Below are positions 17,397 through 26,543 of a stretch of DNA of 64,000 nucleotides, one piece after another. Source of the DNA: Candidatus Methylomirabilia bacterium (lineage in GTDB: Bacteria > Methylomirabilota > Methylomirabilia > Rokubacteriales > CSP1-6); the NCBI GenBank assembly GCA_041496385.1, contig JBGQEL010000006.1, positions 222 to 64,221 of the forward strand, in the 5' to 3' direction. The notes under the pieces are model-generated. The model had not been told where the DNA came from. It did not search any database and saw only the letters and a list, made by a program, of their open reading frames with translations. Position numbers and translations under genes: made by a program. Every line of letters starts with the position of its first letter. Position 1 is the stretch's first letter.

Positions 17397-18488
17397 ATGC
17401 CCGACGCCGCCCGCTACCATCGCCTGCAGCTGGCGTTCACGCTCGCGGGACTGACCCTCACCGTGGTCTACCTTCTGGCCGCGCTCCTGACGGGCGCCGC
17501 CCACGCCGTCGCGCGCGCCGCGGCCGGCGTGACGGCGGGCGCGTGGGGACAGGTCGCCATCGTCACGCTCGCGCTCGGCGCCGTCCATGGAGTCCTCACG
17601 GCTCCGCTCGCCTGGATACGCGGCTGGTGGCTGCCGCGCCGCTACGGGCTCCTCCACCAGCCGTTCGGCGCCTGGCTGCTCGACCGCGCGAAGGGAACGC
17701 TCCTCGCCGGCGCGCTCGGGCTCGCGGCGGTGGAGATCGTCGAGGCGCTCCTGGGGCTCACGTCCTGGTGGTGGCTCGCGGCCGCCGCCGTGTTCTTCGT
17801 GGCGCAGGCGGCGATCGCCTTCGTGCTGCCCCTCTGGATCGTGCCGCTGTTCTACCGGCTCGGCCCGCTCGAGGACGCGTCGCTGCGCGAGCGTTTGCTC
17901 GCCCTCGCCCGCCGGGCGGGCGTCCCGGCGATCGCCGTCCAGGTCGCGGATCAGTCGCGCCGGAGCCGCACGGCGAACGCCGCGGTCGTCGGCCTCGGCC
18001 GCACGCGGCGCATCATCCTGTTCGACACCCTCCTCGTGAGCTTCACCCCCGACGAGATCGAGTCGGTCCTCGCCCACGAGCTCGGCCACCACGCCCACGG
18101 CGACCTGCGACGCGGCCTCGCGGTCCACGGCGCGCTGACCGTCATCACGTTCTGGCTGGCCGACCTGCTCCTCCGCGCCGGGGCGCCGGCGCTCGGCCTC
18201 ACGGGGCTCGCCGATCCGGCCGGCATCGCCTGGCTCGCGCTCGTCCTGCTCCTCCTGGGTCTCGTGGCCCTTCCGATCGGCAATGGCTTCTCGCGGCGGA
18301 TCGAGCGCGAGGCCGACGACTTCGCCCTCGCCACGACCGGCAACCCGGCCGCGTTCGTCGGCGCGCTGGAGCGGCTCGGCGCGCTCAACCTGGCCGAGCG
18401 GCGGCCGAGCCGGCTGAAGGAGCTGGTCCTGTATTCGCACCCTGCGCTCGACCGACGGATCGCGCGCGCCAGAGGAGAGCCCGCATGA
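17397..18488 (+). CDS. M48 family metallopeptidase (HtpX/Ste24-like)
   Basis: Multiple TM helices flank a HELGHH zinc motif (a HEXXH plus a downstream E). The ATG lies ~5 nt after a TACAAT -10-like hexamer, so the mRNA is probably leaderless. Confidence 0.85.
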   Translation: MPDAARYHRLQLAFTLAGLTLTVVYLLAALLTGAAHAVARAAAGVTAGAWGQVAIVTLALGAVHGVLTAPLAWIRGWWLPRRYGLLHQPFGAWLLDRAKGTLLAGALGLAAVEIVEALLGLTSWWWLAAAAVFFVAQAAIAFVLPLWIVPLFYRLGPLEDASLRERLLALARRAGVPAIAVQVADQSRRSRTANAAVVGLGRTRRIILFDTLLVSFTPDEIESVLAHELGHHAHGDLRRGLAVHGALTVITFWLADLLLRAGAPALGLTGLADPAGIAWLALVLLLLGLVALPIGNGFSRRIEREADDFALATTGNPAAFVGALERLGALNLAERRPSRLKELVLYSHPALDRRIARARGEPA

Positions 18489-19366
18489 CGCCCCGCCGTA
18501 GCCTCCGCGCGCTCGTCGCGAAGAAGCAGGGCCTGGTCGTTCCCGGCGCCTACGACGGCATCTCCGCGAGGCTCGTCCAGCGCGCCGGATTTGCCGCCGT
18601 CTACATGACGGGCTACGGCACCGCCGCCTCGCGGCTCGGCCTGCCCGACCTCGGCTTCGCCGGGCTCGCGGAGATGGCGGACCACGCGCGCAACATTGCG
18701 GCGGTCGTCGACATCCCGCTCATCGCCGACGCCGACACGGGCTACGGCAACGCGCTCCATGCGCGCCGGACCGTGCAGACGTACGAGGCGGCGGGCGTGG
18801 CCGCGCTCCACATCGAGGACCAGGTCAACCCCAAGCGCTGCGGCCACCTCGCGGGCCACCAGGTCATCCCGCGGGGCGAGTTCGCCGGCAAGATCCGCGC
18901 CGCGGTCGAGGCGCGGCGCGACCCGGACCTCCTCATCATCGCGCGCACGGACGCGATCTCGGCGGTGGATCTCGACGAGGCGCTTCGCCGCGGCGAGGCC
19001 GCGGTGAAGGCCGGCGCCGACGTCCTCTTCGTCGAGGCGCCGCGCGACGAGGCGCAGGTGGAACGGGTCGCGCGCGCCTTCGACACGCCGCTGCTCTACA
19101 ACTACGCACCCGGCGGCCGCTCGCCCCTCCTGCCCTTCGGCCGGCTCCGCGCGCTCGGCTACGCGATCATCCTGCTGCCGGTGGACACACTCCTCGTCGG
19201 GGTGCAGGCGATCGGCGCGTTCCTCGCCGAGCTGAAGTCGCGTGACGACGTGCTGTCGCTGGCCGAGCGCTACATGAGCTTCCGCGACTTCAACGAGCTG
19301 ATCGGCGTGACCGCGCAGCTCGAGCTCGCCGAGCGCTATCGCGACGACGAGCGCTCGGCCACGTAG
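18485..19366 (+). CDS. Isocitrate lyase / PEP mutase family enzyme (methylisocitrate lyase or carboxyvinyl-carboxyphosphonate phosphorylmutase-like)
   Basis: The sequence LVVPGAYDGISARLVQRAGFAAVYMTGYG...DADTGYGN...KRCGH matches the ICL/PEPM superfamily core. It overlaps the upstream gene by 4 nt. Confidence 0.8.
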   Translation: MTPRRSLRALVAKKQGLVVPGAYDGISARLVQRAGFAAVYMTGYGTAASRLGLPDLGFAGLAEMADHARNIAAVVDIPLIADADTGYGNALHARRTVQTYEAAGVAALHIEDQVNPKRCGHLAGHQVIPRGEFAGKIRAAVEARRDPDLLIIARTDAISAVDLDEALRRGEAAVKAGADVLFVEAPRDEAQVERVARAFDTPLLYNYAPGGRSPLLPFGRLRALGYAIILLPVDTLLVGVQAIGAFLAELKSRDDVLSLAERYMSFRDFNELIGVTAQLELAERYRDDERSAT

Positions 19367-20211
19367 ACGGCGAGCGCCCGGTCCCAGGGCCGGAGGTCGT
19401 CCTCGCCGAGCGCCGCGAGACAGCCGTGGCCGAGCACCGAGTAGGCGGGCCGGTGGGCCCGGGCGCCGAACTCGGCCGCGGTCACGGGCGTGAGGTCCGG
19501 CGTCACGCCGGCCAGGTCGAAGACACGCCGCGCGAAATCGTACCAGCTCGTCTCGCCCGCGTTCGTCAAGTGGTAGATCGGGTGCGTGGCCTTCGGGAGC
19601 ACCCGCCAGACCTTCCTCGCCAGATCGAGCGTGTAGCTCGGGCCGAGCACCTGGTCCGCGACCACGCGGATCCGCCGCCCCTCGGCGGCGAGGCGCAGCA
19701 TCGTCTCGACGAAGTTGGTCCCGCCCTTGCCCGAGCTCCGCGCCACGCCGAAGAGCCCGCAGACGCGGAAGACGAGGGCGTGCTCGCAGCGCTCCAGTGC
19801 GAGCCGCTCGCCGGCGAGCTTCGACTCGCCGTAGGCGGAGAGCGGGTTCGCCGCGTCCGACTCGAGGTACGGCGTGGCGCGCCGGCCGTCGAACACGTAG
19901 TCGGTGGAGAAATGGACGAGCCTCGCGCCGAGCCGCTGGCAGGCGTTCGCGAGCTCGCCGACGGCGTGCGCGTTGAGCGCGAAGGCGGCGGCCCGATCCT
20001 CCTCGGCCTGGTCCACGCGGTTGTAGGCCGCGGTGTTGACCACGTGCGTGGGGCGGAGCTCAGCGAGGAGCGTCCGGACCCGGGCCGCGTCGAGCAGGTC
20101 GAGGTCCCGTCGCGCGAGGGGGATCAGCTCGCCGTCGAGATCGAACGTCCGGACGAGATCGGCGCCGAGCTGCCCGGCGGCGCCGATCAGGACGATCCGG
20201 AGCCGGCCCAC
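19336..20211 (-). CDS. rfbD: dTDP-4-dehydrorhamnose reductase
   Basis: The sequence begins MGRLRIVLIGAAGQLG (a Rossmann fold), contains YGESKLAGE (the YxxxK motif) and has the RmlD length. Confidence 0.75.
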   Translation of the reverse strand: MGRLRIVLIGAAGQLGADLVRTFDLDGELIPLARRDLDLLDAARVRTLLAELRPTHVVNTAAYNRVDQAEEDRAAAFALNAHAVGELANACQRLGARLVHFSTDYVFDGRRATPYLESDAANPLSAYGESKLAGERLALERCEHALVFRVCGLFGVARSSGKGGTNFVETMLRLAAEGRRIRVVADQVLGPSYTLDLARKVWRVLPKATHPIYHLTNAGETSWYDFARRVFDLAGVTPDLTPVTAAEFGARAHRPAYSVLGHGCLAALGEDDLRPWDRALAVYVAERSSSR

Positions 20212-20214
20212 CCC

Positions 20215-20646
20215 TCAGCGCTTGGGGGGGCCGCCCGGCGGGGTGCCGGCGGGCCGCGGAGACGGATCGAGCGCGAGCCCGACGAGCAGGTCGAGGTGGC
20301 GGAAGTCGAAGGGCTTCGGGATGTACGCGAACACGCCGGCCGTCTGCGCCTCGGCGGCCGCCTGCGTATTCGCGTTCGCGGTGACCATGATGACGGGCAC
20401 GCGCGCGTCGAGCGCGCGGATCTGCTTCAGGAGCTGGAGCCCGTCCATGCCCGGCATGTTCATGTCGAGGAGGACGAGATCCGGACGCGTGCGGAGAAAC
20501 GCCAGGTACGCGTCGCCGCCGTTCGTCGCCGTTTCGATCTCGTATGCACGCCCGTGCCGGAACTGCCCGAAGAATTCCTTGAGCACGTCGATGACCGATT
20601 GCTCGTCGTCGACGATGAGCACGCGCTTGGGCGGGGGGCTGGTCAC
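20215..20646 (-). CDS. Response regulator, stand-alone receiver domain (CheY-like)
   Basis: The sequence KRVLIVDDE...LLDMNMPGMDG...VIMVTA has the D-D-D-T-K receiver signature. There is no output domain. Confidence 0.85.
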   Translation of the reverse strand: MTSPPPKRVLIVDDEQSVIDVLKEFFGQFRHGRAYEIETATNGGDAYLAFLRTRPDLVLLDMNMPGMDGLQLLKQIRALDARVPVIMVTANANTQAAAEAQTAGVFAYIPKPFDFRHLDLLVGLALDPSPRPAGTPPGGPPKR

Positions 20647-20694
20647 GTGGGTCAGTATATCCGGATACCCCGCGAACGGTCGTCGTCGCGGAGA

Positions 20695-21090
20695 CTAGGG
20701 CGTCGCCCGGGAGGGCACCCCGAAGACGAGAGCGATCAGGTGCTCGAGCTGCTGGAAGTCGCAGGGCTTGGGCGCGTAGGCGAAGACGCCGGCGCTGAGC
20801 GCCTCCGCGATCACGCTGCTCGCCTGCGTTCCCGTGATGACGATGACGGGGATCGAGCGGTCGATCGTGCGCACCTGCTTGAGGAGCGCGAGGCCGTTGA
20901 GCCCCTTCATCTGCGGATCCAGGAGGATCAGGTCCGGACGGCCGCGTCTGAGCGCCGCCACGGCCTCGGCGGCGTTCGATGCCGGCTCGAGCTCGTAGTT
21001 GTACCCGTGCTCGAACCGTCCGAAGTAGCCCTTGAGCATGTCGACGTCGCCCGTGGGATCGTCGAGGATCAGAACTCGCTTGTCAGGCAG
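20695..21090 (-). CDS. Response regulator, receiver domain only, paralogue of the upstream one; probable CTG start
   Basis: The track ORF starts at the Met in ...GDVDMLKGYF, which would delete the first beta-strand and the acidic pair. The same open frame continues upstream as LPDKRVLILDDPTGDVD, which aligns with KRVLIVDDE of the paralogue. It is preceded by AAGGTGA with a 7-nt spacer and then CTG, and there is no ATG/GTG/TTG in frame. Confidence 0.65.
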   Translation of the reverse strand: MPDKRVLILDDPTGDVDMLKGYFGRFEHGYNYELEPASNAAEAVAALRRGRPDLILLDPQMKGLNGLALLKQVRTIDRSIPVIVITGTQASSVIAEALSAGVFAYAPKPCDFQQLEHLIALVFGVPSRATP

Positions 21091-21289
21091 CGCTGGTCAC
21101 CTTTCCGAACTTGTGCCAGTTCTCGAGAATGGTGTCGATGGTCGCGATGCGCCGGCTCGCGCACGCGGTGCACCGCTCGTGCTCGACGGTGTCGAAGCAG
21201 TGCTGGCAGTCGAGGCATACCCCGAGCCGCCAGGGCGGCAGGTGTGGCACTTGACTCGACCCATCGTTGTGGAAGATCACGGGGATCAA
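21083..21289 (-). CDS. Small Cys-rich hypothetical protein (possible zinc-ribbon), TTG start
   Basis: A 68-aa ORF with C-x2-C-x2-C-x10-C-x2-C (CLDCQHCFDTVEHERCTAC). It has locally lower GC and an AT-rich promoter-like region upstream. It could be non-coding leader. Confidence 0.3.
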   Translation of the reverse strand: MIPVIFHNDGSSQVPHLPPWRLGVCLDCQHCFDTVEHERCTACASRRIATIDTILENWHKFGKVTSAA

Positions 21290-21407
21290 TAGTGCAGTCT
21301 TGATACCAGCCAGGTTGTGTCTTCTAAGCTATTGATTTCCGGCAATTTATGAACCAGTAGGCCTCCCCCTCGGGTCCAGGCGTCGTTTTTTCGCCCACGC
21401 GTGCTGG

Positions 21408-22001
21408 TCAGGAATCGCCCGGGCCCGGTCCTGACTCGAAGAGCCGCGTGCTGAGGAAGAAGTGCGCGAGGCCGCCGAACTCGTGGAGTCCCACCTTGAT
21501 CCGCCACCACGAGCGCCACCAGCCGGAGTCGAACCGCTCGTGGGGTGTCGGGTGGACGATGGCGGGCACGGCGCGCTCATGGAGATGGTTCCAGATCAGC
21601 CGCACGCGGCGCGTGTGCGCGGGTGACGTCACGAGGATCAACCTTCGAAATCCCTGCGCCTGCGCGTAGGCGAAGACGGCGTCCAGCTCTTCGCGCGTGT
21701 TCAGGACCGGCCGCGTCAGCTGGACGATCGCCTCGGCCGGCACCCCCGCGCGATGGAGGACGCGGTGCTCGCGCGACTGCCGGAGGGCCGAGCCGCTCGG
21801 GAACGAGACGACGATGCGGCCGGCCAGACCCTGGTGGTAGAGATCCGCGGCGCCCAGCGCGCGCGAGGGAACCGCTCCGCTCACGACGACGATCGCGTCG
21901 GCAGGTTGCAGGCGATCGGCCACGACCAGCCACGGCCCGGCCATCGCCAGCAGCACCAGCCCGAGCCCGAGGACGGCCAGGCCCGACGCCAGGAGCCTCA
22001 T
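21408..22001 (-). CDS. YdcF / DUF218 (ElyC/SanA-like) family protein
   Basis: An N-terminal TM/signal region is followed by the DUF218 core (DAIVVVSGA...LILVTSPAH). Confidence 0.75.
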   Translation of the reverse strand: MRLLASGLAVLGLGLVLLAMAGPWLVVADRLQPADAIVVVSGAVPSRALGAADLYHQGLAGRIVVSFPSGSALRQSREHRVLHRAGVPAEAIVQLTRPVLNTREELDAVFAYAQAQGFRRLILVTSPAHTRRVRLIWNHLHERAVPAIVHPTPHERFDSGWWRSWWRIKVGLHEFGGLAHFFLSTRLFESGPGPGDS

Positions 22002-22020
22002 CCCGGTGAAGCGCCCGGGT

Positions 22021-22944
22021 CTAGAGCCTGGGCGCGATAGCCGAAGCGAAAACGTCGAGCTGCTCGAGCTCGTCGAACACCGGGTTCAGCATGAGAAAGC
22101 CGACGCCCCCGCAGACGATCTCCGCGAGCCGGTCCGTGCATTCCTGCGGATCGCCCCACACCGACACCTCGGCCGCCAGCTCGGGCTTGCCGTAGAAGGC
22201 GCCGAACCATTCGGCGAGCCGCCGCCCCGCGCGCGCGCGGTCTCGATCCACCGCGATGTAGACGCGCTTGCCGAGCGGGAACGTCGCCGGGTCGTGGCCC
22301 GCGTCCTTCAAGAGCCGGCGGAGGAGCCCGACCTCCTCGAGGAAGGCGGCCGTCGGGATCGAGCCCGCACCGATGAAGCCGTCGCCGAGCTCCACGGCGC
22401 GCCTCAGCGCGTTCGGATGATGGCCGCCGAACCAGAGCGGCGGGTGCGGCCTCTGGAGCGGCTTCGGCTGCATCGAGGCGTTCTGGAGCTTGTAGAACTC
22501 GCCGTCGAAGGTGACGCGCTCCTCGGTCCACAGGCGCTTCATGAGCCGGAGGCCCTCGGCGAAGCGCGCCGCGCGCCGCTCCGCGCTCAGGCCGAACGCG
22601 GGATAGACGCGCGGGTTGCCGCCGAGGCCGACGCCGACCGTGAGCCGCCCGCCCGAGAGATGATCGAGCGTCGCGAGCTCCTTGGCGAGCTGCACGGGGT
22701 TCCGTAGCGCCGTCAGGAGCACGGCCGAGCCGAGCCGCAGCCGCTCGGTGCACGCGGCCGCGTAGGTGAGCAGCGCGACGGGCTCCAGGCTCCGGATCCC
22801 TCCCAGGATCTGCTCGACGACCCAGACGCTGTCGAAGCCCAGCGCCTCCGCGCGCGCGAGGTACGCGCGCACGCAACCGAGGTCGAACCCGCCCTGGAGG
22901 ACCGTCTGGGGAATCGCGACGCCGAGCGTGACGCGGGTCTTCAC
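22021..22944 (-). CDS. LLM-class flavin-dependent oxidoreductase (luciferase-like)
   Basis: A 307-aa protein with the TIM-barrel LLM pattern (FDSVWVVEQ...LGSAVL...GRLTVGVGLG). Confidence 0.8.
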   Translation of the reverse strand: MKTRVTLGVAIPQTVLQGGFDLGCVRAYLARAEALGFDSVWVVEQILGGIRSLEPVALLTYAAACTERLRLGSAVLLTALRNPVQLAKELATLDHLSGGRLTVGVGLGGNPRVYPAFGLSAERRAARFAEGLRLMKRLWTEERVTFDGEFYKLQNASMQPKPLQRPHPPLWFGGHHPNALRRAVELGDGFIGAGSIPTAAFLEEVGLLRRLLKDAGHDPATFPLGKRVYIAVDRDRARAGRRLAEWFGAFYGKPELAAEVSVWGDPQECTDRLAEIVCGGVGFLMLNPVFDELEQLDVFASAIAPRL

Positions 22945-23033
22945 GCGGCGAATCGTACCATGGCGCGCCGGTGATATAGTTGACGGCTGTCGGCGCGCGA
23001 GCCCGAGACCCGCACGAATCCAGGAGACCGCGC

Positions 23034-24206
23034 ATGAACGGACTGAAAGACGCGATCGCGAGCGCCGTGGACCGCCTCGGCGACGATCTCGAGAAGCTCT
23101 CGCATCAGATCCACGCCAATCCCGAGCTGGGCTACCAGGAGGTCAAGGCGGCCGGCTGGCTCACCGAGTTCCTGGCGCAGCAGGGATTCAAGGTCGAGCG
23201 CGGCGTCGCGGGCGTCGAGACCGCGTTCCGCGCCACGATCGAGACGGGCGAGGGTCCGACGATCGCGATCCTCTGCGAGTACGACGCGCTGCCGCAGATT
23301 GGCCACGCGTGCGGCCACAACATCATCGCCACCGCCGGTGTGGGCGCCGGCGCCGGGCTCGCCGCCGTGCGCGACAAGCTCCCGAAGGGGCGCGTCCTGG
23401 TGATCGGCACGCCGGCCGAAGAGGGCGGCGGCGGCAAGGTGAAGCTCATCGCCGGCGGCGTGTTCAAGGGCGTTGACGCCGCGATGATGGTCCACGGCTT
23501 CGACCGGTGGATCCCCCACTCCGACCTCCTCGGCATCGTGCGGGTGGCGTTCGAGTTCAAGGGCAAGGCGGCGCACGCCTCGGCCGATCCGTGGGAGGGC
23601 GTGAACGCCCTCGACGCGGCCATCCAGACCTACAACAACGTCGCGATGCTGCGCCAGCAGGTGCGTCCGGACGCGCGCGTCCACGGCATCATCACGCACG
23701 GGGGCGCCGCGCCGAACATCATCCCCGAGTTCGCCGCGGCGACCTTCTACGTGCGCTCCAGGAACATCGACTACATGTGGGCGCTGCAGAAGCGCGTGAT
23801 CCAGTGCGCCGAGGGTGCGGCGAAGGCCGCGGGTTGCGAGCTCAACGTCATCGAGCACCGCGATACCGTGTACGAGCCGATGAAGCGCAACCGGACGCTG
23901 CTCGACACCTTCCGGGCGAACCTCAAGACATTCGCGGTCATCGAGTCGCCCGAGCCGACGGATCGCATGGGCTCGTCCGACATCGGCAACGTGAGCCAGG
24001 TGATCCCGACGATCCAGCCGATGGTGAAGATCGCTCCCGATGGCACGCCGATCCACTCGCGCGCCTTCGAGGCCGCGGCGCGGGGTCCACTCGCGCGCGA
24101 GGGCATGCTGATCTCGGCGAAGGCGATGGCCATGACGACCTGTGATCTCCTCGCCGACCCGTCGCTCGTGAAGAAGGCGCAGGCCGAGTTCCGGGGCGCC
24201 AAGTGA
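23034..24206 (+). CDS. M20 family metallopeptidase / amidohydrolase (AbgB-like)
   Basis: The sequence contains GHACGHN (the metal-binding His motif), GTPAEEGGGGK and the dimerisation-domain pattern. The ATG at 23034 follows the ribosome-binding site AGGAGACC. Confidence 0.85.
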   Translation: MNGLKDAIASAVDRLGDDLEKLSHQIHANPELGYQEVKAAGWLTEFLAQQGFKVERGVAGVETAFRATIETGEGPTIAILCEYDALPQIGHACGHNIIATAGVGAGAGLAAVRDKLPKGRVLVIGTPAEEGGGGKVKLIAGGVFKGVDAAMMVHGFDRWIPHSDLLGIVRVAFEFKGKAAHASADPWEGVNALDAAIQTYNNVAMLRQQVRPDARVHGIITHGGAAPNIIPEFAAATFYVRSRNIDYMWALQKRVIQCAEGAAKAAGCELNVIEHRDTVYEPMKRNRTLLDTFRANLKTFAVIESPEPTDRMGSSDIGNVSQVIPTIQPMVKIAPDGTPIHSRAFEAAARGPLAREGMLISAKAMAMTTCDLLADPSLVKKAQAEFRGAK

Positions 24207-25390
24207 GCGCGTCCGTCGACGCGCTCAAGCCGAAGGTCGCCCAGGCCGTCGACGGCCTGGCGGACGAGCTCGAGACGCTGTCTCACAAGATCCACGACAG
24301 CCCCGAGCTGTGCTTCAAGGAGGAACGGGCGCACGCCTGGCTCACCGAATTTCTCGAGAAGCACGGGGCGAAGGTCGAGCGCTCCATCGGCGGGCTTCCG
24401 ACCGCGTTCCGCGCCACCATCGAGGGCGCCGGACCCGGGCCGACCGTGGCGATCATGGCCGAGTACGACGCCCTGCCGGGCATCGGCCACGCCTGCGGTC
24501 ACAACGTGATCGCGACCGCGGGGACGGGCGCGGGCGCTGCGCTCGCCGTGGCGCTCCGCACGCTCCCCTTCCCCGGCCGCGTCCAGGTCATCGGCACGCC
24601 GGCCGAGGAGGGCGGCGCGGGCAAGGTCCGCCTCATGGAGGCCGGCGTCTTCAGGGACGTCGACGCGGCCATGATGATCCACGGCCGCTGCGGCACGATG
24701 GTCTGGCGGCCGTCGCTCGGCATCATCAAGGTGAAGGCCGAGTTCCACGGCAAGGCGACACACGCCTCGTCGTGGCCGTGGCGGGGCGTGAACGCGCTGA
24801 ACGCGGTCGTCCAGCTCTTCGTCGGGCTCGACCAGATGCGCCAGCAGCTCCGCCCCGACGCGCGCGTCCACGGGATCATCGTCAAGGGCGGCGAGCAGCC
24901 GAACATCATTCCGGAGTACACGCGCGCCGATTTCTACCTGCGCGCGCTGACCAAGGACTCCTGCCACGAGCTGCTCCGGCGATTCACGAACTGCGCCGAG
25001 GGCGCCGCGGTGGCCACGGGCTGCCGGGTCGAGGTGACGGCGGAGCCCACGATCCACGACCCGCTCAAGGCCAACGCGACGATGGCCGGGCTGTTCGAGA
25101 AGAACCTCGCGTTCATCGACTTCCCCGTCGATCCCGAGGACGGCGAGGCGGGTTACGGCTCGACCGACTGCGGCAACGTCAGTCAAGCGCTGCCGACGAT
25201 CCACCCGTATATCAGGATCTCTCCCGACGGCGTGCCCGGCCACTCGCGCGAATTCGCCGAGTGGGCACGCTCGCCGCTGGCGCGCGCCGGCCTCGTCGCC
25301 GGCGCGAAGGCGCTCGCGCTGACGGCGCTCGATCTGCTCGCCGCCCCGGAGCAGCTCAAGGCCGCGAAGGACGAATTCAACCGCACGTGA
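24203..25390 (+). CDS. M20 family metallopeptidase / amidohydrolase (tandem paralogue)
   Basis: This is ~55% identical to the upstream gene by eye and carries the same GHACGHN and GTPAEEGG motifs. The GTG start overlaps the upstream stop (GTGA). Confidence 0.85.
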   Translation: MSASVDALKPKVAQAVDGLADELETLSHKIHDSPELCFKEERAHAWLTEFLEKHGAKVERSIGGLPTAFRATIEGAGPGPTVAIMAEYDALPGIGHACGHNVIATAGTGAGAALAVALRTLPFPGRVQVIGTPAEEGGAGKVRLMEAGVFRDVDAAMMIHGRCGTMVWRPSLGIIKVKAEFHGKATHASSWPWRGVNALNAVVQLFVGLDQMRQQLRPDARVHGIIVKGGEQPNIIPEYTRADFYLRALTKDSCHELLRRFTNCAEGAAVATGCRVEVTAEPTIHDPLKANATMAGLFEKNLAFIDFPVDPEDGEAGYGSTDCGNVSQALPTIHPYIRISPDGVPGHSREFAEWARSPLARAGLVAGAKALALTALDLLAAPEQLKAAKDEFNRT

Positions 25391-25406
25391 TCCCGAGGAG
25401 GATGTC

Positions 25407-25760
25407 ATGACGCGCCACCTCGCACTCGTCACCGCGCTCGCCCTCGCGGGCGCCCTCGTCCCGCCCGCGCTCGCCGGCGAGCTCAACCTGACCGTCGTCA
25501 ACGTCGTCTCTCCCCAGGACGTGAAGATCTGGGAGCCGACGTCCATCGTCGCGAAGAAGGGCGACAAGGTCACCCTGCGGCTCGTCAACAAGCACACCGA
25601 CGAGCACGGTTACGAGATCGCGGCCTTCGCGGTGAAGGAGGTCGTGCCGGGCGACAAGACCGCGACGGTCAGCTTCACCGCGGACAAGGCCGGCATCTTC
25701 CCGATCAAGTGCCATCTCCACCCGGCGCACGTGGTGGGCCAGCTCCTCGTCATCGAGTAG
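25407..25760 (+). CDS. Cupredoxin-domain protein (type-1 copper-like), secreted
   Basis: A signal peptide is followed by ...NKHTDEHGYEI... and the C-terminal KCHLHPAHVVGQ, which is the His...Cys-x2-His arrangement of blue-copper ligands. The protein is 117 aa. Confidence 0.7.
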   Translation: MTRHLALVTALALAGALVPPALAGELNLTVVNVVSPQDVKIWEPTSIVAKKGDKVTLRLVNKHTDEHGYEIAAFAVKEVVPGDKTATVSFTADKAGIFPIKCHLHPAHVVGQLLVIE

Positions 25761-25765
25761 CGCGC

Positions 25766-26542
25766 GTGGCCGCGCGGCGCGCGGCGCTGGCGCTCCTCGC
25801 GGCGGTCGCGTGCGCCCTGGCCGCGCCGGGCGCGCGCGGGCAGCCCGCCGACGCCGAGCTCGGCGCGCGCGTGTTCCGCGACGACTGCACGATCTGTCAC
25901 GGCGTCGCGGGCGACGGGCGGGGCACCGCCGCGCATCACTTCGCGACCGCGCCGCGCGATCTCACGCAGGGGCGCTTCAAGTTCCGCTCGACGGCGTCGG
26001 GGCAGGTCCCGACCGATGCCGACCTCCGGCGCTCGATCGTGCGGGGCATTCCCGGCACCGGGATGCTGCCGCAGGATCAGCTGAGCCCCGCGGAGCTCGA
26101 CGCTGTCGTCGCCTACGTGAAGGGCCTCTCGCCGCGCTTCGCCACGAATCCCGGCCCGAAAGTCGTGGCGTTCCCTAGGGAGGGGCCCGGGGGCGCCGCG
26201 GCCCTCGCGCGCGGACGCAAGGCCTACGAGAAGGGGGAATGCGCCGAGTGCCACGGCACGGAGGGGCGCGGTGACGGGCCGTCGGCGAAGGACCTCTCCA
26301 TCAAGCCCGCCGATCTCGCGCGCCGGCCCTTCAAGGGCGGCCCCGACGTGCGCGACGTCTTGCGCACGCTCCTGACGGGCCTCGACGGCACGCCGATGCC
26401 GTCGTATCACCAGGTGCTCGAGGACGACGAGCTCTGGGACCTCGCGCGCTACGTGGACTCGCTCGGGACCGCGCCCGTGGTGACGGACGACGAGCGCGCC
26501 GCCCGGCACGTGGTGCGCATGCACCGGCGCCCGCGGCGGTAG
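25766..26542 (+). CDS. Diheme c-type cytochrome, secreted
   Basis: There are two CxxCH motifs (CTICHG and CAECHG), each followed by a distal Met-containing region. The GTG start lies 5 nt after the cupredoxin stop, and a signal peptide is present. Confidence 0.8.
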   Translation: MAARRAALALLAAVACALAAPGARGQPADAELGARVFRDDCTICHGVAGDGRGTAAHHFATAPRDLTQGRFKFRSTASGQVPTDADLRRSIVRGIPGTGMLPQDQLSPAELDAVVAYVKGLSPRFATNPGPKVVAFPREGPGGAAALARGRKAYEKGECAECHGTEGRGDGPSAKDLSIKPADLARRPFKGGPDVRDVLRTLLTGLDGTPMPSYHQVLEDDELWDLARYVDSLGTAPVVTDDERAARHVVRMHRRPRR

Positions 26543-26543
26543 A

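Noticed and set aside
21290-21330. A sigma54-like TGG-n10-TGC element (TGGTATCAAGACTGCA, minus strand) upstream of the small Cys-rich ORF
   Set aside because: The GG/GC spacing fits, but the element ends only ~5 nt before the putative TTG start. The downstream regulators are CheY-like and are not enhancer-binding proteins. It is probably a chance match.
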